From contig DRJJ01000157.1 of assembly GCA_011052255.1 (NCBI GenBank), positions 1 to 32,242 on the forward strand: a stretch of DNA of 32,242 nucleotides. Reading direction: 5' to 3'. The stretch comes from Gammaproteobacteria bacterium. Lineage in GTDB: Bacteria; Pseudomonadota; Gammaproteobacteria; DRJJ01. Of this stretch, positions 8,857-16,225 are shown in pieces. Under the pieces are notes generated by a model, which searched no databases, had not been told where the DNA came from, and saw only the letters and a program-made list of their open reading frames with translations. The number at the start of each line of letters is the position of its first letter. Position 1 is the stretch's first letter. A program made the position numbers and the translations under genes.

Positions 8857-11800
8857 ATGGCGGCATCCAGCGGATCGGGTCTGGCAGTAAAACTGGCTGC
8901 ATTGCAGGTGAACTTTAAGCAACAGCTTTCCGGCAAGCTTGCTGAAATTGAGCGCCTGTGGGCGGGCTGTTATCAGAATAATGCAAGCAGCGCCAATCTG
9001 GTGGATCTTCATCGCATGGTTCACAGCCTGGCCGGTTCCAGTGCTACCTTCGGTGCAGTGGCCGTGAGTCTCGTTGCGCGAGAAGTAGAACAGACGCTGA
9101 AACTTCTATTAAAAGAGCCTGGTCAGGCGTCGCCCTTTTCCAGTGAAATACAACAACAATTAGATGAATTGTTACCCAGGCTAAGGCAGGCTGCTGAAGA
9201 ATGGCAGCCTTCAAACATTTTCTCTATTCGACCCGGCGAATCAAAAGATCAGTGTGCTGGTAATCTTGTTTATCTGGTGGAAGATGATGAGCTTTTAGCG
9301 GCAGATCTGGTTGCAAAGCTTGAACAAGCCAACTATCGAGTGCAGCACTTTACTGAATTGAGTGGTTTGGAAGCCGCCTGTGAAAAGGAAATCCCGGTGG
9401 CAATCATCATGGATATGGTTTTCAGGGATGGTAATATTGTGGGTGCGGAGCATATTCCCAGAATAGTAGACAAGCTACACATCTCTCCGCTGGTGATCTT
9501 CATTTCAGAGCATGATGAAATCGAAGCCCGTCTTGCTGCAGTGCGCGCGGGTTCCCACCGCTTTTTCTGTAAACCACTGAAGGTGAATAAACTGATCCGG
9601 GCTCTGGACGGGTTGACGGCGCGGCAGGAAAAAACGCCCTATCGGGTATTGCTTATCGATGATGACGAAACCTTACTGGAGTACTGTGCGACTGTGCTGC
9701 GCGAAGCAGGTATGGATGTTGAAACTCTGTCCAACCCTCTGCAGGGTCTGAAAGTATTGACCGAGTTTAAACCGGATGTTGTCATCATGGATGTATATAT
9801 GTCTGAATGTTCAGGGCCTGAGCTGGCCCAGGTAATTCGCCAGGATGATGCGTGGGTCATGGTTCCTGTCATATTTTTATCCGTCGAATCGGATCTCAAT
9901 CGTCAACTGGCAGCCTTGAATCTTGGCGGTGACGACTTCCTGGTAAAACCCGTGGAGGCAGGTCATCTGGTGGCAGTGGTTACTGCCAGGGCAAAACGGG
10001 CACGCAGGACCATTCAACTCAATAAAGATCTGAAAAATGCGCTGAGAGAAAGCAAGTTCCAGCTTTTCACCATGGATCAGCATGACATTGTCAGTACGAC
10101 CGATGTCACCGGCCGAATTATCAGTGTGAATGACAAGTTCTGTGAAATCAGCGGCTACAGTCGCGAAGAATTGCTGGGGCAGAATCACCGCATACTCAAG
10201 TCAGGTTACCATCCCGACTCATTTTATAAAGATTTGTGGAACACCATCACCCAGGGCAAGGTTTGGCATGGCACTATATGTAACTGTAGAAGGGATGGCA
10301 ACGAATACTGGGTGGAATCCACCATCGTTCCCTTTCTGGATAATAACGGAAAACCCTATAAATATGTTCATGCCCGCACGGACATTACTGCACTCAGACA
10401 AAGTGAGGAACGCCTGCACAGTAGCCAGGTATTTGCCAACATCGGTACCTGGGACTGGCATATCAGGACAGGCGAGATGTACTGGTCGGTACTCGTTGGC
10501 CCGATGCTCGGTTATCAGCAAGGCGACCCTGATACCACCTACGAAAACTTCCTCTTCGCTGTGCATCCTGATGACCGCCAAATGGTGGAGAAGGCGGTGA
10601 ACAGCTGCATTGAGCATGGCTGCGAATTTAACATCGAATACCGGATAGTGTGGCCGGATGGCAGTGTGCATTGGCTGCAGGCAGGTGGCGATGTCCTGCG
10701 CACCGAGGCAGGTGAGCCTCTGCATATGCTGGGTGTGATTCAGGACATCAGTATTCGCAAGTGTGCCGAACGGGACCTGATCAAGACTCGCGATGAGGCA
10801 GAATATGCCAACCGTGCCAAGTCACAATTTCTCTCCAGTATGAGCCATGAGTTACGTACACCTATGAATGCCATCATAGGTTTTAGTCAGCTTTTAAGAA
10901 TCGATAACGATCAGCCTTTGAATGAATCCCAGCAGGAAAATGTCGATGAGATACTCAAGGCGAGTAACCATCTGCTGGAACTCATTAACGAGGTGCTGGA
11001 TCTGGCCAGGATCGAGACAGGGCGTATTGACCTTTCTATCGAGACAGTCGTGCCTGGTGAGGTCATAGCTGAATCCCTGCAGCTGATTACGCCGTTAGCA
11101 CAGAAACGTGGCATTGAAATCAGCTTGACTCTTGATGGGGCTAATATTACGTTTGAACAAGTGCTGCAGCAACATAATGCAGTACGGGCAGATCGTACCC
11201 GGCTCAAGCAAGTATTGCTTAACCTGTTGAGTAATGCGGTCAAATACAATTGTGAAAATGGCAAGCTCATCATAGCCTGTAACAACACCGAAAATAACCA
11301 GACCCGGATCAGCATTTCCGATACGGGTACCGGCCTTACCATGGAGCAGCAGTCTCAGTTATTCAAGGTCTTTAATCGACTGGGGGCGGAACAGTCAAAT
11401 ATTGAAGGCACGGGTGTTGGTCTGGTAATCACCAGGAATATCGTTGAACTCATGGGTGGTAGCATCGGTGTAGAGAGTCAGTCAGGCAAGGGCAGCACCT
11501 TCTGGATCGAATTACCAAATGCTACCTTGCATTCTGCACAAAAGAAGGAGTCTGATAAAAAGGGAGCCATGCAAGTACATACTATCATCAGACCTGAATA
11601 CAAGCATACCGTGCTCTATATAGAAGACAATCCCGCAAACCTGCGGCTGGTAGCTCAATTGCTGGGACGTTTGCCTGATATTCATATGTGGAGCGCCCAT
11701 GAACCGTTACTGGGTCTTGAACTGGCGGTGGAACATAACCCCGACCTGATTTTGCTGGATATTAATCTGCCGGGCATGAATGGTTTTGAGGTGCTTAACC

Positions 11801-11979
11801 AGCTTCGACAGAGGGAAGCAACCCGTGAAACACCGGTTATCGCCATTAGCGCCAACGCCATGCCTGGAGATATTAAAAAGGGGTTGGAAGCAGGTTTTGA
11901 TGAATACATCACCAAACCGATTGATGTTGAGGCCCTGTTGCAGGCTTTGGATACTATGCTGACAGGTAATAACAAATAA
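8857..11979 (+). CDS. Soluble hybrid sensor histidine kinase: Hpt-REC-REC-PAS-PAS-HisKA-HATPase_c-REC
   Basis: The ORF is 1040 aa with SD GAGAGAGGA upstream and no hydrophobic TM segment. The Hpt motif is HRMVHSLAGSSATFG (H56, codon 9022-9024). REC1 has LVEDDE...IIMDMVF...FCKP, and REC2 has LLIDDDE...VIMDVYM...LVKP. Two PAS modules are present (GQNHRILKSGYH...; IGTWDWHIRTGEMYWS). The H-box is FLSSMSHELRTPMNAI (H664, codon 10846-10848), the N-box LLNLLSNAVKYN, G1 DTGTGL and G2 GTGVGLVITRNIVELMGG. The C-terminal REC has LYIEDNPANLRL...LLDINLPGMNG...ITKP. Confidence 0.92.
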   Translation: MAASSGSGLAVKLAALQVNFKQQLSGKLAEIERLWAGCYQNNASSANLVDLHRMVHSLAGSSATFGAVAVSLVAREVEQTLKLLLKEPGQASPFSSEIQQQLDELLPRLRQAAEEWQPSNIFSIRPGESKDQCAGNLVYLVEDDELLAADLVAKLEQANYRVQHFTELSGLEAACEKEIPVAIIMDMVFRDGNIVGAEHIPRIVDKLHISPLVIFISEHDEIEARLAAVRAGSHRFFCKPLKVNKLIRALDGLTARQEKTPYRVLLIDDDETLLEYCATVLREAGMDVETLSNPLQGLKVLTEFKPDVVIMDVYMSECSGPELAQVIRQDDAWVMVPVIFLSVESDLNRQLAALNLGGDDFLVKPVEAGHLVAVVTARAKRARRTIQLNKDLKNALRESKFQLFTMDQHDIVSTTDVTGRIISVNDKFCEISGYSREELLGQNHRILKSGYHPDSFYKDLWNTITQGKVWHGTICNCRRDGNEYWVESTIVPFLDNNGKPYKYVHARTDITALRQSEERLHSSQVFANIGTWDWHIRTGEMYWSVLVGPMLGYQQGDPDTTYENFLFAVHPDDRQMVEKAVNSCIEHGCEFNIEYRIVWPDGSVHWLQAGGDVLRTEAGEPLHMLGVIQDISIRKCAERDLIKTRDEAEYANRAKSQFLSSMSHELRTPMNAIIGFSQLLRIDNDQPLNESQQENVDEILKASNHLLELINEVLDLARIETGRIDLSIETVVPGEVIAESLQLITPLAQKRGIEISLTLDGANITFEQVLQQHNAVRADRTRLKQVLLNLLSNAVKYNCENGKLIIACNNTENNQTRISISDTGTGLTMEQQSQLFKVFNRLGAEQSNIEGTGVGLVITRNIVELMGGSIGVESQSGKGSTFWIELPNATLHSAQKKESDKKGAMQVHTIIRPEYKHTVLYIEDNPANLRLVAQLLGRLPDIHMWSAHEPLLGLELAVEHNPDLILLDINLPGMNGFEVLNQLRQREATRETPVIAISANAMPGDIKKGLEAGFDEYITKPIDVEALLQALDTMLTGNNK

Positions 11980-11984
11980 AAGAC

Positions 11985-12878
11985 ATGAATACAATATCTG
12001 ATCATCTATACAGGTGGTGCATATGGGCAGTCTTGCTTCTGGGTTTTGACATGCTAGTGGCTTGTTCACAAGATGACAATTCGAGAACTGTAAAGATCCT
12101 TAAGATTGCGGTACTGCCTGATCAGAGTGAGTCGCAACTGCACAGTAAATATCAGCCCTTGCAAGATTATATAAAATCTCGCACTGGCCTGAATTCTACG
12201 TTGCTGATACCTGCATCGTACAAAGAGTTGCTGCAATGGTTTGATGACAAGCATATTGATATGGCATTGTTTGGTGGCGTTACTTACGTAAAGGCTCATT
12301 TGCAGAGTAACGCAATTCCGTTAGTAATACGCGATGTGGATGGTCGTTTCAGAAGTATCGCGATAGTGAGCGCGAATAATCCTGCGAGCAGTTTACAGGA
12401 CATTAAAGGTGCTTCACTGGCATTTGGATCTCGGCTCTCTACCTCTGGCCACTTAATGCCAAGATACTTTTTACGGCAGAATAATATCATTCCTGAAGAA
12501 TTTTTTAGCAAGATTCTATATTCTGGCGCTCACGACGTCACTGCCGAATGGGTTCGCGATGGAAAAGTGGAGGCTGGGTTAACCCATTCGGGCATCGCAA
12601 ACGAAATGTTCCTTGACGGACGATTAGGCAAGGATAAGGTTAAGGTTATCTGGAAATCTCCGCCTTTTGCTGATTATGTGTGGGCAGTGCAGCAAGACAT
12701 CAGTAAGCAGCAAAGAACTATGATTCGGGATACTTTTCTGTACATGAATCAAAATGATGAAGGCAAACTATTGCTACAAAGCCTCGGCGCAAATTATTAC
12801 ATCCCGGCAGGAAATGACGATTTTAGCAAGCTGGAGCAGATTATCCTGCAAATGGAGCAACATGGACATAAACAATGA
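11985..12878 (+). CDS. PhnD-family (phosphonate/phosphite-type) periplasmic substrate-binding lipoprotein, orphan with no transporter partners
   Basis: The ORF is 297 aa. It has a signal peptide with lipobox LVAC (Cys27). The body is collinear with PhnD-like binding proteins: LKIAVLPDQS...YQPLQDYI...IDMALFGGVTYV...LKGASLAFGSRLSTSGHLMPRYFL...YSGAHDVTAEWVRDGKVEAG...VIWKSPPFADYVWAV. It starts 5 bp after the upstream stop, and its stop overlaps the next ATG (ATGA at 12875-12878). Confidence 0.82.
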   Translation: MNTISDHLYRWCIWAVLLLGFDMLVACSQDDNSRTVKILKIAVLPDQSESQLHSKYQPLQDYIKSRTGLNSTLLIPASYKELLQWFDDKHIDMALFGGVTYVKAHLQSNAIPLVIRDVDGRFRSIAIVSANNPASSLQDIKGASLAFGSRLSTSGHLMPRYFLRQNNIIPEEFFSKILYSGAHDVTAEWVRDGKVEAGLTHSGIANEMFLDGRLGKDKVKVIWKSPPFADYVWAVQQDISKQQRTMIRDTFLYMNQNDEGKLLLQSLGANYYIPAGNDDFSKLEQIILQMEQHGHKQ

Positions 12879-15127
12879 GAGTACTGGATACTACACTGGA
12901 AAGAACACAAATTAACCGTAGCGTATACGGGTTACTGGGCATGGTGGTTATTGTCTTCGTAACGATCCTCATTGTGCTCCAGTTACAACAGAATGAAATT
13001 CGGAATAGAGATGCTTTAACTAATGATTACCACCTGGCTATAAGTCTAAAGAGCCTGGCGCTACTTGGTGCAATTAATGCAACCAGAATATGGTTCCGTG
13101 ATCATAGTATTGAGTACAAAAATAAAACCACCACTTCAGAATATACTGTAATCGAGTCACAGAGACATACGGAATTCTCGGAAAGAGACAAAACAGGTGC
13201 GCTTAAGAACGAAATCGAGAAACTTGTTGATGAAATCAATGCGACTCAGAGGCAATATGCAGACCCTGAATTTACTTCTATCAGCTCATTACTGGAAAAG
13301 GCGAACAGGGAAGTTCAGGCTAATTTAAGCAAGATGCAATCTACAGGCAAATATGCCAGTAAAATAATTGATGATAGTGTAGAGCTATTAATCCCGGTCA
13401 TCCATCAGATGCAGCGTCTGCATAAGCATGCTTACCAGCAAATGCGGCTGTCAATAGATGATTTTCAGCGGGTCAAAGAGATTCAAATTATTAGTCTGAT
13501 TATTGTGCTGGTGATAGTTGGCCTGTTTGGCGTTATAAGGATGTTACGTCATGTTCGTCACACGCTAAAAAATCTGACTAAGACACAGAATGAACTGCAA
13601 GAACGAGAACAGAACTTTAGCTTGTTAACCCGTAACATGCAAGATGGGGTTCTTGTGAACTTTGAAGGCAAGCATGTTTTTGCAAATAAAAGTATGGCTA
13701 TGATGCTAGGTTATGAAAAACCAGAGGAACTAACTGGAACCAGGATCGAGGATATTGTGCACCCTGATGATGTAGATATGGTGTTAAGCCGATTTCGATC
13801 ACGAATGAAAGGAAACGAAAAGCCGAGTCAATACGAAACCAGATTTATTACCAAAGCGGGTGATGTGTTAACTGTCGATCTCAGTGCCGCAAAGACCTTA
13901 TGGAAGGGAAGGCCTGCCGGGATGGTTACAGTCAGGGATATTACCGAGCGTAAAAAAGATGAGCAGGCACTACAGCAATTCAAGTATACGCTGGATCAAA
14001 CTCTTGATTGTGTATATCTGTTCGATGCCGAGAGTCTTCTCTTTATCTATGCAAATGAAGGTGCTATGCGGCAGATAGGTTATACTCGCGATGAACTGTT
14101 AGCCTTGCACCCTTATGACATCAAGCCGGAATATACCGAACAACAATTTCGCGATATTATCACTCTGCTACTGAATGGCGAGCAGTCATCACTCAATTTC
14201 GAGACTATCCATCAGCATAAGAATGGCCACTGTGTACCAGTGGAGGTTTTTATACAATTAATTTCATCGGAAGCGGGCGTGGCGCGCTTTATAGCCATTG
14301 TGCGTGATATTACCGATCGTAAGCAGGCAGAAACTGAACTCGACAAACATCGTGAGCATCTCGAAGAATTGGTTAAGGAACGCACTGTTGACTTGATGAC
14401 TACCCGTGATGAGGCTGAAAAATCCAATGCCGCCAAATCCGAGTTTCTCTCCCGCATGAGCCATGAATTGCGCACACCCCTGAATGCTATACTCGGGTTT
14501 GGCCAAATACTTGAGATGGATGCCGAGGGGTTTAGCGACACTCAGCGAGCTAACGTTAAAGAGATTACTGATGCCGGCCAACACCTGTTGGAACTTATTA
14601 ATGAAGTGCTGGATCTGGCCAAAATCGAATCCGGTAAGCTGGATATTTCTCTGGAGATAGTTTCTGTCGATGATCTGTTGCAGCAGTGTCTTACTATGAT
14701 ACAACCTCAGGCAAAAGCATGCCAGCTTGAAATCATTGATCTCATCAGTAAGCAGGGATATTACGTACAGACCGACTTCACTCGTGCAAAACAGGTGCTG
14801 TTAAATCTTTTATCCAATGCGGTGAAATACAACTGCTGCCAGGGACGTATTACGCTGACTAGCGAGGTTGTAGACAAAAATCGACTTCGTATTTTTGTTA
14901 CAGATATGGGGAGCGGTTTGACGGAAGCGGAAATAGAAAGATTGTTTACGCCTTTTGAACGCATCGATTCTACGAATAATATTGAAGGTACAGGTATTGG
15001 TCTTGTTATCACCAAACACCTGATTGAACTCATGGGCGGTACAATTGGTGTTAAGAGCACACAGGGTGAAGGCAGTACCTTTTGGGTGGAGTTCGGACTG
15101 GCACGGGCACTGTCTGCTGGTGCATAA
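12875..15127 (+). CDS. Membrane sensor histidine kinase: TM, ~165-aa periplasmic helical region, TM, PAS-PAS-HisKA-HATPase_c
   Basis: The ORF is 750 aa. TM1 is LLGMVVIVFVTILIVLQL and TM2 is IISLIIVLVIVGLFGVI. Two PAS modules each end in the typical RDITERK/RDITDRK linker. The H-box is FLSRMSHELRTPLNAI (H530, codon 14462-14464), the N-box LLNLLSNAVKYN, G1 DMGSGL and G2 GTGIGLVITKHLIELMGG. There is no receiver or Hpt domain. Confidence 0.92.
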   Translation: MRVLDTTLERTQINRSVYGLLGMVVIVFVTILIVLQLQQNEIRNRDALTNDYHLAISLKSLALLGAINATRIWFRDHSIEYKNKTTTSEYTVIESQRHTEFSERDKTGALKNEIEKLVDEINATQRQYADPEFTSISSLLEKANREVQANLSKMQSTGKYASKIIDDSVELLIPVIHQMQRLHKHAYQQMRLSIDDFQRVKEIQIISLIIVLVIVGLFGVIRMLRHVRHTLKNLTKTQNELQEREQNFSLLTRNMQDGVLVNFEGKHVFANKSMAMMLGYEKPEELTGTRIEDIVHPDDVDMVLSRFRSRMKGNEKPSQYETRFITKAGDVLTVDLSAAKTLWKGRPAGMVTVRDITERKKDEQALQQFKYTLDQTLDCVYLFDAESLLFIYANEGAMRQIGYTRDELLALHPYDIKPEYTEQQFRDIITLLLNGEQSSLNFETIHQHKNGHCVPVEVFIQLISSEAGVARFIAIVRDITDRKQAETELDKHREHLEELVKERTVDLMTTRDEAEKSNAAKSEFLSRMSHELRTPLNAILGFGQILEMDAEGFSDTQRANVKEITDAGQHLLELINEVLDLAKIESGKLDISLEIVSVDDLLQQCLTMIQPQAKACQLEIIDLISKQGYYVQTDFTRAKQVLLNLLSNAVKYNCCQGRITLTSEVVDKNRLRIFVTDMGSGLTEAEIERLFTPFERIDSTNNIEGTGIGLVITKHLIELMGGTIGVKSTQGEGSTFWVEFGLARALSAGA

Positions 15128-15137
15128 GACGAAAAGC

Positions 15138-16223
15138 ATGAGCGAAATCAACAATCAAATGAATGTCGATCCAGGAAAGGCCAGTATCCTGGTTGTGGAT
15201 GATGAGGCTGCCAATGTCAGGCTTCTGGAAAAAATGCTTGCGACGAGAGGGTATAGCAATGTGGTTTGTACCTTGGATCCAGATCAGGTCTTGCCACTGT
15301 ACCAGAAATATAAAAGTGACTTGATTCTACTGGATATCAATATGCCGAAGCTGGATGGTTATGGCGTGATGGGCCAACTTAATAAGCTGACGAAAGGGTG
15401 TCCACCACCCATCCTGATATTAACAGCACAGCATGACCAGAGCTCTCGCCAGCGTGCACTGGATAGTGGGGCTCGTGATTATGTCACGAAACCTTTCGAT
15501 GCCGATGAGTTGTTGTCTCGCGTTCGCAATTTGCTGGAAGTTCAGATGGCGCAAAAGTTTATGCATCGTCAAAATGAAATCCTTGAACAGAAGGTGCGGG
15601 AACGAACGCAGGCTATGCATGACACACGCTTGCAGGTTGTGCGTTGTCTAGGTCGAGCGGCAGAGTACCGCGACAATGAAACCGGCCTGCATATCATCCG
15701 TATGAGTAAGATGGCGGTGGTGATAGGCTCGGCTGCAGGCATGGATGATGAACAGTGTGATCTGCTGTTAAATGCAGCCCCGATGCACGATATCGGCAAG
15801 ATTGGCATACCGGATCATATACTACTTAAGCCCGACAAGTTTGAACCCGAAGAATGGATGATTATGCAAACTCACGTTCAGATTGGCGCGGATATTCTTT
15901 CAGGAGACAATTCGGATTTAATGACCATGGCACGTGATATCGCCATTACTCACCATGAAAAATGGAATGGCAAGGGTTACCCCAACGGTCTTGAAGGCGA
16001 GGCAATACCGCTGACCGGTCGTATCACCGCACTGGCCGATGTATTTGATGCGCTGACTTCTGAGCGGCCTTACAAAAAGGCCTGGCCGGTGGAGAAGGCC
16101 GTGGAATTAATAAAAGAAGAAAGCGCAAAGCATTTTGATCCCATGCTTGTTGAGATTTTACTTGAAAGGCTTCCTGAGATTATCAAAATCAAGGAAAAAT
16201 ACGCCGAACCGGTTAACAAATAA
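15138..16223 (+). CDS. RpfG-type response regulator: receiver + HD-GYP c-di-GMP phosphodiesterase domain
   Basis: I place the start at MSEINNQ (ATG 15138-15140), 10 bp after the kinase stop. The ORF-track start at 15024 lies inside the kinase gene. REC signatures are ILVVDDEAANV, LILLDINMPKLDG and YVTKP. The HD-GYP signatures are PMHDIGKIGIPD and ITHHEKWNGKGYPNGL. Confidence 0.92.
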   Translation: MSEINNQMNVDPGKASILVVDDEAANVRLLEKMLATRGYSNVVCTLDPDQVLPLYQKYKSDLILLDINMPKLDGYGVMGQLNKLTKGCPPPILILTAQHDQSSRQRALDSGARDYVTKPFDADELLSRVRNLLEVQMAQKFMHRQNEILEQKVRERTQAMHDTRLQVVRCLGRAAEYRDNETGLHIIRMSKMAVVIGSAAGMDDEQCDLLLNAAPMHDIGKIGIPDHILLKPDKFEPEEWMIMQTHVQIGADILSGDNSDLMTMARDIAITHHEKWNGKGYPNGLEGEAIPLTGRITALADVFDALTSERPYKKAWPVEKAVELIKEESAKHFDPMLVEILLERLPEIIKIKEKYAEPVNK

Positions 16224-16225
16224 GG

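Noticed and set aside
15024-15137. Upstream extension of the HD-GYP ORF (ORF-track start at 15024)
   Set aside because: It would overlap the last 104 nt of the kinase gene in another frame and add an unconserved leader. The ATG at 15138 gives a canonical receiver N-terminus (…ILVVDDE).
4570-16225. Search for mobility signatures around the signalling insert (integrase, transposase, tRNA target, flanking direct or inverted repeats)
   Set aside because: I found none by eye, so I do not call the region a mobile element or genomic island in the strict sense. I report only a synteny interruption with a compositional shift.
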